From assembly GCA_036399915.1 (NCBI GenBank), contig DASWME010000219.1, forward strand, positions 343-64,342: 64,000 bases of DNA. Direction: 5' to 3'. This document shows, piece by piece, positions 1 to 9,115 of this stretch. Within the stretch, counting starts at the first letter, position 1; the number at the start of each line of letters is the position of its first letter. The stretch is from Thermoanaerobaculia bacterium. GTDB lineage: Bacteria; Acidobacteriota; Thermoanaerobaculia; Multivoradales; UBA5704. The notes beneath the pieces were generated by a model. The model saw only the letters and a program-made list of their open reading frames with translations, did not search any database and was not told the DNA's origin. The position numbers and the translations under genes are program-made.

Positions 1-192
1 AGGCGGACAGGCGCGCAGGCGCGCGATCAAACCCGGCAGCCGCTGCCGCTCGCGCGAGATCTCCTGGACGCGCTCGCTCAGACGAGGGAGGAGACGATCG
101 AACGCCCGCCCATGGAACGAGAGGCGGCTCCCTTCCCAGATCTGTCCCCACTCCCTGCGACAGACCCACCAAGTGGATAACAGGTGGCGCAC
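1..192 (-). CDS. partial ORF of unknown function (first 64 codons; continues beyond the left edge)
   Basis: GTG at 190-192 lies 18 nt downstream of the anti-sigma stop (210-212). The frame stays open to position 1 (VRHLLSTWWVCRREWGQIWEGS...LIARLRACPP). No family recognised. Absent from the ORF track because it has no stop inside the window. Confidence 0.25.
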   Translation of the reverse strand, partial: MRHLLSTWWVCRREWGQIWEGSRLSFHGRAFDRLLPRLSERVQEISRERQRLPGLIARLRACPP

Positions 193-209
193 GGGAACAG
201 CCGGCAGCT

Positions 210-1589
210 TCAGGAGGGAGGCGTGAACCGCAGCTCAGGATTCTCGCGTGCCTGCTTCAGGAATCCCGAGACCTTACGGACGAGCTCGAGCTCCACCTGG
301 TCCAGGCGGGCGGCGGTGCAGAAGGCCAGGAGAGCCGCCATGGCCTCCCGATGGGTGTTGTGAGCCTGGAACACGGTGAGCGTCTCCTCGGCGACACGGC
401 GTACGTCGGCGCTCCGCCCTTGCAGGATATAGACGCCAGCCAGGTCGAGGGAAGCCAGTGCGGCGTCGTATCCGAGGCCCAGTTCGACGAAGCCCTCCCG
501 GACCTCCCGGAAGGCCGCCTCGGCCTGCTCGATCCGCTGCAGCGCGAAAGCCACGAGACCTTCCAGCCAGCGAAGCTTCAGGAGGTTCATGCGCCCGCCC
601 GCCTTCAGATAGAGAGGCCGGGTGTGGAAGAGCAGGGCGAAGGCCTCGCGCGACCGGCCGCTCTCGTTGAGCGCGTTGATCAGGTTGTGCCGGGCGGCGA
701 GGAACACCCGCGGGTCGCGCTGAGGGTCGATCAGATCGAGCGCCCGCCGCAGCAGCCTGATCGCGCCCTCAAGGTCCCCGGCCACGGTGCAGACCATCGC
801 CTTCTGGAGGAGCGTCCGCCCGAGAAGGCTCCACTGTCCCAAGGTCTTGTAGAGAACGGCGACGCGGTCGAAAAGCTGGAAGGCTTCGTCGAACCTGTGT
901 TGCTCCCTGCGCAGGGACGCCAGCAGGGCGAGCACCCGCGCCCGGTCGAGGAGGCCGATGCAACCCTCCTCCAGCAGGGATTCGGCGACGGCGAACGCCC
1001 TCTCGGCGCTGGCATGGTCTGAATTGACGCGGAAGGCGTTGCCGAGATGAGCCCAGGCCCTCGCCCGCAGGCTGTCCAGCGGCTCCTCGCCGCCGCAGTC
1101 CTCCTTCTCCAGGCGGTCCGCCACCAGCGTGCCGAGATGGGCGGCTTCGATCGACCGGCGGGGATCCTCGAACCCGGTCTCGTGGCTCTCCTCGATGAGC
1201 CGCTCGCAGAGCATCCGGTTGCGGAAGCGATGGCTGTTGCTCACCAGGAGGTGCCGGCGCTCCGCCGGGACTTGCATCAACTCCGCGAAGAGCTCGCAGC
1301 CTGCCGCCCGCTGCTCGGCCACGGCCGCTTCCGCGGATACCACCCGCGCGAAGACCCGGTCCAAGACCTCGTCGTAGCCGTCCCGGGCATTCTCCTCCCC
1401 TGCCGCTTCCAGGGCGCGGTCCAGCGGATCGTCGAGCTCGTCGCCAGGCTCCCAGAGGGTGGCCGTGGCCTCATGGCACTGTCGGCAGCCGGTCAGCAGG
1501 TGCCGTGCGATCTCCCGCATCTCCGGTGCGGAGAGCTGTCCCAGCACGAACCGCTCCAGGGCCTCTGGCGCCGGATGGATCTCAGTCAT
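210..1589 (-). CDS. soluble anti-sigma-factor-like protein: N-terminal ZAS-type zinc finger (H-x3-C-x2-C) plus long TPR-like helical-repeat domain
   Basis: 459-aa ORF with N-terminus ...IARHLLTGCRQCHE.... No hydrophobic TM segment seen. Its start overlaps the stop of the upstream sigma gene by 8 nt (1582-1589). Full-length paralog of 3247-4584. Confidence 0.7.
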   Translation of the reverse strand: MTEIHPAPEALERFVLGQLSAPEMREIARHLLTGCRQCHEATATLWEPGDELDDPLDRALEAAGEENARDGYDEVLDRVFARVVSAEAAVAEQRAAGCELFAELMQVPAERRHLLVSNSHRFRNRMLCERLIEESHETGFEDPRRSIEAAHLGTLVADRLEKEDCGGEEPLDSLRARAWAHLGNAFRVNSDHASAERAFAVAESLLEEGCIGLLDRARVLALLASLRREQHRFDEAFQLFDRVAVLYKTLGQWSLLGRTLLQKAMVCTVAGDLEGAIRLLRRALDLIDPQRDPRVFLAARHNLINALNESGRSREAFALLFHTRPLYLKAGGRMNLLKLRWLEGLVAFALQRIEQAEAAFREVREGFVELGLGYDAALASLDLAGVYILQGRSADVRRVAEETLTVFQAHNTHREAMAALLAFCTAARLDQVELELVRKVSGFLKQARENPELRFTPPS

Positions 1590-2118
1590 TGCCGGTCTTC
1601 TTCCTGCCGAACCCCGACAGCGTCAGATACCGCGTCAGGGCGTCGATACACCTCGTCGTGATCTTGCTGATGCTGGCAGGGCTGTAGCCCAGCCGCTCCG
1701 CCAGCTCCGGAGGCTCGTACCCCTGGCGATAGCGCAGCGACAGCAGAGAACGGCAGCGCTCCGGCAGGCGCTCCAGGGCGCTCGCCAGATCGCGGCGCAG
1801 AGTGGTCTCTTCCTGAGCCGGCGCGAGCGGCTCGGCCACGTCCTCAAGAACCGCGGAATCGACGGAGTCATACAGCTTGCGCCGCTGCTCTCTCCAGTAC
1901 AGCAGGCACTTGTTGCGCAGGGTCCCGAGCAGCCAGGCTTCCGGATCCCGGATCTCCTGGGATTGATACACGAGGGCGAGCAGGGCCTGCTGCAGGATGT
2001 CCTCCGTGTCCTGGGGAGGAATGCGATAGTGCGCGAACAAGGCCTTGAGACGAGGCCGGACCCTCCTCAGAAAGCCTTCGAGCGATGCCTCGACTTGCGG
2101 TTGGTCCAGTGCACTCAT
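1582..2118 (-). CDS. ECF-type RNA polymerase sigma factor (paralog 1)
   Basis: 178 aa. Region-2-like DTEDILQQALLALV...EAWLLGTLRNKCLLYWR and region-4 HTH LPERCRSLLSLRYRQGYEPPELAERLGYSPASISKITTRC. Translationally coupled to 210-1589. Confidence 0.85.
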   Translation of the reverse strand: MSALDQPQVEASLEGFLRRVRPRLKALFAHYRIPPQDTEDILQQALLALVYQSQEIRDPEAWLLGTLRNKCLLYWREQRRKLYDSVDSAVLEDVAEPLAPAQEETTLRRDLASALERLPERCRSLLSLRYRQGYEPPELAERLGYSPASISKITTRCIDALTRYLTLSGFGRKKTGND

Positions 2119-2240
2119 GGTCCCGGGGAGCGCCTCTTCTAAATTTCAGGATACACTACCACTATCCCGGAAGCGTGTCCAGTCAGGAGGGACCGGAAAA
2201 CCTGGCCGCCGCAGCCGGCCGAGGCTTGGCTCCCGAGGAG

Positions 2241-2459
2241 CTAGGAATTGCCCTCAGGATCGATCATCACGCCGGCCTTCTCGAGGACGGCGATCAGGAG
2301 CCTCCAGGGGGAGAAGGACTCAAACCTGCTGGATACGTCGCGGCCCTTCCGCCCTGAGCGGTCTCGTGGCTCCGCGCTTACGCTCCGCACGGGGAGCAGC
2401 GCGAGGACGGACACCAGTGCGGTGGAGGCGAGGGCGCGGCGAAGCTTGGGCTGGAACAT
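2241..2459 (-). CDS. small secreted peptide (72 aa, predicted signal peptide), unknown function
   Basis: MFQPKLRRALASTALVSVLALLPVRSVSA|EP... has n-h-c signal-peptide architecture. A strong SD AAGGAG lies 7 nt upstream of the ATG (reverse complement of 2460-2480 reads cgatcctgaaaggagattgcg). Sits between sigma paralogs 2 and 1. Confidence 0.5.
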   Translation of the reverse strand: MFQPKLRRALASTALVSVLALLPVRSVSAEPRDRSGRKGRDVSSRFESFSPWRLLIAVLEKAGVMIDPEGNS

Positions 2460-2621
2460 CGCAATCTCCTTTCAGGATCGTCTGCTTGGCGGAACGGCCA
2501 TAGGCCTCTTGAAGGCTCCTACAGAACAGTTACCGCAGGAGAGCCTCCGGGGGACACGAAACCTGAAGGGAGAAGCCGACTCGCTCCGCGGACGCCCAGG
2601 CCGATGGACGGCGGGACGGGC

Positions 2622-3149
2622 TCAGGGCTCAGGCTGGAATCCGGCCCCGAGAAGCTGCTCCGTCAGGGCTGCCAGGCAACGACGGGTGACTTTCCGGATG
2701 CTGGACTTGCAATAGCCTGTCCTCTCCGCCGCCTCGGCGGTGCTGCAGCCGAACCCATAGCGGAGACGGAGCACGGAACGGCAGCGGTCGGGCAGGCGCG
2801 AGAGCAGGGTGTCGAGGTCGTAGCGCAGATCCGCCTTCTCCTGCGGCGGCGCTTCCACGTCGGCCAGCAGCTCGAGGATGGCGCTGTCGACCAGGTCCCA
2901 CAGCCGGCTGCGGTGCTTGCGCCAGTAGAGGATGCAGCGGTTGGCCAGGGTCCCGAGCAGCCAGGCCTCGGGATTCCGGATGCTCCCCCACTTGGAGATC
3001 ATGATGAGAAAGGTGTCCTGTAGCAGGTCGTCCACATCCTGCGCGGGGATCCTGTAGCGGCTGAGGACCCTCTTCAGCCTGGGCTCCATCCTCTCCAGGA
3101 CGTCTTCGAGAGAAGGCTCCGCCAGATCCGGGGGGACCGAAGGTTTCAT
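2622..3149 (-). CDS. ECF-type RNA polymerase sigma factor (paralog 2, no adjacent anti-sigma gene)
   Basis: 175 aa. DVDDLLQDTFLIMI...EAWLLGTLANRCILYWRKHR and LPDRCRSVLRLRYGFGCSTAEAAERTGYCKSSIRKVTRRC. Clearly homologous to 1582-2118 and 4577-5131. Confidence 0.85.
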   Translation of the reverse strand: MKPSVPPDLAEPSLEDVLERMEPRLKRVLSRYRIPAQDVDDLLQDTFLIMISKWGSIRNPEAWLLGTLANRCILYWRKHRSRLWDLVDSAILELLADVEAPPQEKADLRYDLDTLLSRLPDRCRSVLRLRYGFGCSTAEAAERTGYCKSSIRKVTRRCLAALTEQLLGAGFQPEP

Positions 3150-3246
3150 TGCAGTAGCTAAATGTAACGAGGGCTTAATCTAGCAGCATTCCCGCCCTTT
3201 GTCCAGCAAGGACGGCTCGCGCGAGGTTTCCCGGGCCAGGAGGGCT

Positions 3247-4584
3247 TCAGCGGGGTTCCCGGAAGCGGAGCCCCAAGTCGGCGCGCGAGTCCTTGAGATA
3301 GCCGCTCACTTCCCGGATCAGGCCGAGGGTGACGCGCTCCATCTGTGCCGCTTTCTGGAACAGGAGCAGCGCGGCGATGGCCTCGCGGCGGATGTCCAGG
3401 GACTTGAAGATGGAGAGCATCTCCCCGGCCAGGCGGCGCATCTCGGCGCTCCGGCCCTGCTGGGCGTAGCTGTCGGCCAGGTCGAGGGAAAGCAGGGCGG
3501 CGTCGTACTCGAGCTCGCGCTCGATCAGCTCCTGGCGCACGTCCCGCAGGATCTCCTCGGCCTCGGCGAACCGCTTGAGGGAAATGGCGATCTTCCCCTC
3601 CAGCCAATGCAGGCGCAGCAGGCTCATCCGGTCTCCGACCTGGTGGTAGAGGGGCCGCGCGCGCTCCAGGAGGCGCATGGCCTCGTCGCTCTGCCCGCTC
3701 TCGAACAGGAAGAGGATCAGGTTGTGCTGGGCCGCGACCAGGAGGCGCGGATCGGAGGACGGGTCCAGCTTCCGGATCCCTTCCGTCAGGCAGGGGATCG
3801 CCGCCTCCTGATCGTTGGCAATCCCGAGGAGGAAGCCCCGCATGATGAGAGCCCTGCCGCAGAGCTGGGGATCGTCCAGCCTGCGGCCGATCGCGAGGGC
3901 CCGGTCGAGCAGCCGGAGGGATTCCCGGAAGCGCTGCTGATTGCCCAGCAGGGAGGACTTGAGGAGGAGGACGTGGGCCTTCTCCACCGGATCTCCAGTC
4001 CCCTTCTTGAGCAGCCGCTCGGCCCTGGCGAAGCTCTCCTCGGCGTTGCGGAAGTCCGAGCGGATGCGCTGCGCGTTGGCCAGGCCCGCCCAGGCTCGCG
4101 CGACCAGGTCGTTCACCCGCGACTCTCCATAGGCGGCGGGGTCGAGCCGCGCCGCGACCTCCACGCCCAGCTTCGCGAGCTCGAGGGCCCGCGCCGGATC
4201 CTGGAAGCCCCGCTCGCGGGCCGCCTCCAAGAGCAGCTCGCAGAAGCCCCAGGAGCGATACCGGGAGCTGCCGGTCGCCAGGATCCGCTGCTGCTCGCAC
4301 GGCTGGGCCAGCAGCTCGCGCAGCAACCCGGGCGCCGCCGTCCGCTCGGCGGCGAGGTCGGCCTGCCGGCGCTCGGTCTCCCGCCAGGCCCGCACGAAGG
4401 CCCTGCCGTAGTCGAGCCATCCCGCGTCGCCTCCCACCCGGGCCGGGGGGAGATAGCGCGAGGCGATCCGGCAGCAGTGCCCGCAACGCGCGAGGAGGTG
4501 ACGGACGATCTCGCGGTTGCGGCGACGGGAGAGCCGTCCGCGCGCGAACATCGAGAGGAGGACCGGATCGGAGTGCTTATCCAT
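3247..4584 (-). CDS. soluble anti-sigma-factor-like protein (ZAS-type zinc finger plus TPR-like domain), paralog of 210-1589
   Basis: The track ORF 3247-4797 is trimmed to the ATG at 4584 (MDKHSDPVLLSMFARGRLS...VRHLLARCGHCCR). This start reproduces the same 8-nt overlap with the upstream sigma stop (4577-4584) seen in the other pair. The C-terminus ...YLKDSRADLGLRFREPR parallels ...FLKQARENPELRFTPPS. Confidence 0.7.
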   Translation of the reverse strand: MDKHSDPVLLSMFARGRLSRRRNREIVRHLLARCGHCCRIASRYLPPARVGGDAGWLDYGRAFVRAWRETERRQADLAAERTAAPGLLRELLAQPCEQQRILATGSSRYRSWGFCELLLEAARERGFQDPARALELAKLGVEVAARLDPAAYGESRVNDLVARAWAGLANAQRIRSDFRNAEESFARAERLLKKGTGDPVEKAHVLLLKSSLLGNQQRFRESLRLLDRALAIGRRLDDPQLCGRALIMRGFLLGIANDQEAAIPCLTEGIRKLDPSSDPRLLVAAQHNLILFLFESGQSDEAMRLLERARPLYHQVGDRMSLLRLHWLEGKIAISLKRFAEAEEILRDVRQELIERELEYDAALLSLDLADSYAQQGRSAEMRRLAGEMLSIFKSLDIRREAIAALLLFQKAAQMERVTLGLIREVSGYLKDSRADLGLRFREPR

Positions 4585-5131
4585 CCTGCGGTTCGCCTTC
4601 GGGCTCGCGTTCGAAGCCGACAGCCAGGAGCTGCCGGGTGAGTGCCGCGAGACAACGGTTGGTGACTTTGCGGATGCTGGAGGTGCGGTAGCCCATCTGC
4701 TCCGCCACCTCGGTGGGCCCGTAGCCCAGGCCGTACCGCAGCTTGAGGAGCGAGCGGCAGCGGGTCGAGAGACGGGACAGCACCCGGTTGAGGTCACAGG
4801 TCAGCTCGGCCTTCTCCTGATCCGGCGCCTGCGGGGTCGCGAGCAGGTCCAGGATGGCCGTGTCGACGGATTCGCAGAGGCTGCCCCGGCGCTTGCGCCA
4901 GTACATGATGCACTTCTTCTTGACAGTGCCGACCAGCCAGCTCTCGGGGCTGCGGATCTTGTCCCACTTGTAGAGCAGGGTGAGCTGCGCATCCTGGAGG
5001 ATGTCCTCCGCATCCTCTGGAGGGATCTCGAAGTTCCTGAGCACGCGCTCCAGCCGAGGGCGCGAGTTCCTCAGCAGAAGGTTGAGTGATTCCCGCAGTT
5101 CAGGATGGTCGAGAGTTGCCATAGAAATCAT
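4577..5131 (-). CDS. ECF-type RNA polymerase sigma factor (paralog 3)
   Basis: 184 aa. DAEDILQDAQLTLLYKW...ESWLVGTVKKKCIMYWRKRR and LSTRCRSLLKLRYGLGYGPTEVAEQMGYRTSSIRKVTNRC. Confidence 0.85.
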   Translation of the reverse strand: MISMATLDHPELRESLNLLLRNSRPRLERVLRNFEIPPEDAEDILQDAQLTLLYKWDKIRSPESWLVGTVKKKCIMYWRKRRGSLCESVDTAILDLLATPQAPDQEKAELTCDLNRVLSRLSTRCRSLLKLRYGLGYGPTEVAEQMGYRTSSIRKVTNRCLAALTRQLLAVGFEREPEGEPQDG

Positions 5132-5216
5132 ATCTGCCGTCGACAGTTGCCTAGGCTAACACCCCGTACGCCCCCTGTCCAGATGAACGGGGAGTCTCTG
5201 GGTATTACCCCCTCCC

Positions 5217-5255
5217 GCGTTCATTTGGATGAACGCTGCAGGGAACGGGGTTCCC
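5217..5255. promoter_or_regulatory. two adjacent perfect palindromes in the divergent sigma-3 / membrane-protein intergenic region (candidate operator sites)
   Basis: GCGTTCAT-ttgg-ATGAACGC at 5217-5236, with a third ATGAACGG half-site at 5183-5190. GGGAAC-ggg-GTTCCC at 5241-5255. Confidence 0.3.
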
Positions 5256-5293
5256 TCGCGGCGCGGCATCGGGTCCGGTAAGATTCGCCCGCC

Positions 5294-6109
5294 ATGGGCG
5301 TTTTCTTCCTGTTCCTGCTGGCCACCTGTCTGGGGTCTCTCTCCACGCTCTACTGGATCCCCGAGTCGGACATGGGGCGCGGGTACTTCCAGATGAACGC
5401 CCTGGTGGTGCTGGGGCTTTTGGGCATCGCCGCGGCGGTGGTGGCGCTGCACCCGTTCCATCCGTTTGGCGACCAGCCCGCGGCCGGCGTTACGGCCCTG
5501 GCCGCCGCTCTCGCGGGGAGCTTCCTCTACTACGCCGCCATCTGGCGGGAGAGCTGGGACCTCTGCCGTTGGCCCCTGACCTTGGCGGCGGCCGGCAGCG
5601 CCGCGGCTCTCCTCCTCGCCGGCCCGCACGTGGTCTCCCCTCACGTCCCCCTCCCCCACCGCGGCGGCCTGCTGGCGGCGGCCCTCCTGGCCTCGGCCCT
5701 GCTCCTCGGCTGGTCGCTCATCACCATGCTCCTCGGCCACTGGTACCTGGTGGCGCCGAAGCTGACGTTCCGGCACCTGACGGTCTTCTGCTGGGTCCTG
5801 CTGGGAGTGGTCGTCCTCCGGCTGCTCTCGGTGGGCGCCACCCTGGCCATGGCCGCCGGGGTGAACGAGCTGGTGGAGCCCCACCCCCTGCGGGTGCTGA
5901 CCAGCCTCGGCGGCCAGGGGATCTTCTTCTGGTTCCGCCTGCTCTGGGGCCTCGCCATCCCGCTCGCCCTCGCGATCATGGCCTTGCACTGCGCGCGCCA
6001 ACGCTCGAACCAGTCGGCCACCGGCATCCTCTACGTGCTGGTGGTCGGCGCCTTCATCGGCGAGATCACAGGTTACTACCTCAGCGTGACCACCGGTGTG
6101 CCCGTGTAG
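5294..6109 (+). CDS. polytopic integral membrane protein, unknown function
   Basis: 271 aa with about 8 hydrophobic helices (e.g. ALVVLGLLGIAAAVVAL, LLAAALLASALLLGWSLITMLLGHWYLV, GIFFWFRLLWGLAIPLALAIMAL). No family recognised. Confidence 0.6.
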   Translation: MGVFFLFLLATCLGSLSTLYWIPESDMGRGYFQMNALVVLGLLGIAAAVVALHPFHPFGDQPAAGVTALAAALAGSFLYYAAIWRESWDLCRWPLTLAAAGSAAALLLAGPHVVSPHVPLPHRGGLLAAALLASALLLGWSLITMLLGHWYLVAPKLTFRHLTVFCWVLLGVVVLRLLSVGATLAMAAGVNELVEPHPLRVLTSLGGQGIFFWFRLLWGLAIPLALAIMALHCARQRSNQSATGILYVLVVGAFIGEITGYYLSVTTGVPV

Positions 6110-6116
6110 TTTCGAG

Positions 6117-6590
6117 ATGCGTGTCCGCACCCAGTGCCGCGACTGCGGGCTCCCCTTCCGCGCCGTCCTCTCCCCCGACACGGTAGAGCTCGCCTGCCCC
6201 AACTGCGGCAAGGCCCGCGCCGTGGCGCGCGAGGGATGGAGCGACGCGCCCGAGGCGCGCGTGGACGTCTGCCCCCTCTGCGGCTGCCGGTACCTCTACC
6301 GCCAGCGCGACTTCAACCGCGCCCTCGGCTGCGGCCTGGTCGCGGTGGGGGCGGCCCTGGTGCCCTGGACGTTCGGGCTGTCCCTCATCGCCTTCGGCCT
6401 GCTCGACCTCTGGTTGTACCGCCGCCTACGGGACGCGGTCGTCTGCTACAAATGCGATACGGCGTACCGCGACGCCCGCCCCGGCCCGCGGCAGGGGGAG
6501 TTCGACCTGCTGAAGCACGACGTGCTGAAGCACGGGAAGGCGTGGGAGCCGAAGCAGGGGCCGTCGGCGGAAACCGGCCCCCGTCCCTGA
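6117..6590 (+). CDS. zinc-ribbon protein with two C-terminal-half TM helices, unknown function
   Basis: Four CxxC pairs (CRDCG, CPNCG, CPLCGC, CYKCD) flank a hydrophobic hairpin LGCGLVAVGAALVPWTFGLSLIAFGLLDLWL. Start set at ATG 6117 (track start 6096 overlaps the upstream gene). Confidence 0.55.
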   Translation: MRVRTQCRDCGLPFRAVLSPDTVELACPNCGKARAVAREGWSDAPEARVDVCPLCGCRYLYRQRDFNRALGCGLVAVGAALVPWTFGLSLIAFGLLDLWLYRRLRDAVVCYKCDTAYRDARPGPRQGEFDLLKHDVLKHGKAWEPKQGPSAETGPRP

Positions 6591-6593
6591 CCC

Positions 6594-7868
6594 CTACGTC
6601 CCCTCTTCCCAGGTGTTCAGGTACTTCTCCTGCTCGGCCGTCAGGGTCGAGACCGGCACGCCCAGGGCGACCAGTTTGAGGCGGGCCACCTCGCGGTCGA
6701 GCTCCGCCGGCACGCGGTGCACGGCGACGGGGAGCTTCTCCGGGCTCCTCGCGATCATCTCCGCCGCCAGCGCCTGGTTGGCGAAGCTCATGTCCATCAC
6801 CACGGCCGGGTGGCCCTCGGCGGCGGCCAGGTTGATCAGCCTACCCTCGCCCAGGACGTTGATCCGCCGGCCGTCCTTCAGCCGGAACTCCTGGACGAAC
6901 GGCCGCACCCCGCGGCTGCCCGCGGACAGCTCGCGCAGGCCGGGCAGGTCCAGCTCGACGTCGAAGTGGCCGCTGTTGCAGACGATGGCGCCGTCCTTCA
7001 TGGCGGAGAACTGCGAGCGGCCGATGACGTGCTTGTTGCCGGTGACGGTGATGAACACGTCGCCTACCCGCGCCGCCTCGTCGATGTCGAGCACCCGGTA
7101 GCCGTCCATCACCGCCTCTAAAGCCCGCACCGGGTCGACCTCGACCACGATGACGTTGGCCCCCAGGCCGTCCGCCCGCGACGCCACGCCGCGGCCGCAC
7201 CAGCCGTAGCCGACCACCACCACGCTCAGGCCCGCGAAGAGCACGTTGGTGGACCGGATGATGCCGTCGATCGTGCTCTGGCCCGTGCCGTAGCGGTTGT
7301 CGAACAGGTGCTTGGTATCCGACTCGTTGACGGCGATCACCGGGATCTTAAGCGCGCCGTCGCGCGCCATGGCGCGCAGGCGGATGACGCCGGTCGTCGT
7401 CTCCTCCGTGCTCCCCATGATCCCGTCGAGCAGCTCGGTGCGGTCCTTGTGCAGCATGGAGACTAAATCCGCGCCGTCGTCCATGGTGATGTGGGGCCGC
7501 GCGTCGAGCACCGACTTCAGGTGGCTGTAGTAGGTCGCGTTGTCCTCGCCCTTGCGGGCGAACGTCGCGATCCCGTAGTCCTCGACCAGGCTCGCCGCCA
7601 CCTCGTCCTGGGTGGACAGCGGGTTGCTCGCGCAGAGGTAGGACTCGGCGCCCCCGGCCTGCAGCGTCCGCATCAGGTTCGCGGTCTCGCTGGTGACGTG
7701 GAGGCAGGCGCCGATGCGCAGGCCCTCGAGCGGCTTCTCCTGCTCGAAGCGCTTGCGGATCAGGGCGAGGACCGGCATGTGCTGGTCGGCCCACTCGATG
7801 CGCAGCTTGCCGGCGCCGGCCAGCCGCGGATCGGTGACGTCGGAGGGTACGGCGGTGGTCGTCGTCAT
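6594..7868 (-). CDS. ahcY: adenosylhomocysteinase (S-adenosyl-L-homocysteine hydrolase)
   Basis: 424 aa. ...[15 protein letters not shown]...[23 protein letters not shown]...[13 protein letters not shown]...GHFDVE... matches the SAH-hydrolase family along its full length. Confidence 0.95.
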   Translation of the reverse strand: MTTTTAVPSDVTDPRLAGAGKLRIEWADQHMPVLALIRKRFEQEKPLEGLRIGACLHVTSETANLMRTLQAGGAESYLCASNPLSTQDEVAASLVEDYGIATFARKGEDNATYYSHLKSVLDARPHITMDDGADLVSMLHKDRTELLDGIMGSTEETTTGVIRLRAMARDGALKIPVIAVNESDTKHLFDNRYGTGQSTIDGIIRSTNVLFAGLSVVVVGYGWCGRGVASRADGLGANVIVVEVDPVRALEAVMDGYRVLDIDEAARVGDVFITVTGNKHVIGRSQFSAMKDGAIVCNSGHFDVELDLPGLRELSAGSRGVRPFVQEFRLKDGRRINVLGEGRLINLAAAEGHPAVVMDMSFANQALAAEMIARSPEKLPVAVHRVPAELDREVARLKLVALGVPVSTLTAEQEKYLNTWEEGT

Positions 7869-7888
7869 CTTGGCTCCTGTGCTCTAAG

Positions 7889-7922
7889 CCCCTCTCCTTT
7901 CAGGAGAGGGGTGGGGGTGAGG
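7889..7922. repeat. REP-like palindromic unit, family A (single unit) between metK stop and ahcY start
   Basis: CCCCTCTCC-tttca-GGAGAGGGG-t-GGGGGTGAGG. The same unit occurs as inverted pairs at 14992-15164 and 53009-53094. Confidence 0.7.
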
Positions 7923-7926
7923 TCAG

Positions 7927-9096
<1,170 letters not shown>

Positions 9097-9115
9097 CGTT
9101 CGCACCTCTAGAGTA

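Noticed and set aside
2119-3246. ECF-type (GGAAC...CGT) autoregulatory promoters upstream of the sigma paralogs, and a shared ATCCTGAAA / ATTTAG motif.
   Set aside because: Only partial, differently spaced matches could be found by eye. That is not enough to call promoters without alignment to orthologous regions or TSS data.
3158-4641. Long overlapping ORFs on the opposite strand or in other frames of real genes. Examples: 3158-4486(-), 3199-4641(+), 16452-18239(-), 19465-22611(-), 22025-23809(-), 37483-39939(-), 44193-46007(+), 61752-63818(-).
   Set aside because: Their translations are Arg/Pro/Gly/Ala-rich and low-complexity, with no motifs. They fully overlap genes with unmistakable family signatures (anti-sigma, comM, secA, guaB, ankyrin, sulfite reductase). 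Such shadow ORFs are expected in DNA near 70% GC.
4585-4797. N-terminal extensions of track ORFs. Examples: 3247-4797, 13891-14961, 25845-27062, 27483-29882, 41446-43305, 42869-44023, 43342-45645, 54502-56373, 58796-59968, 61364-62539.
   Set aside because: The extensions overlap upstream genes or repeats and translate to low-complexity sequence. Internal starts give family-typical N-termini, signal peptides, SD sequences or 4/8-nt coupling overlaps, so the shorter coordinates were used.
7869-7926. SAH or SAM riboswitch controlling ahcY/metK.
   Set aside because: The intergenic spaces are only 58 nt (filled by a REP-A hairpin) and 19 nt, and the operon's first gene abuts a divergent gene by 2 bp. 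I could not find conserved riboswitch core sequences.
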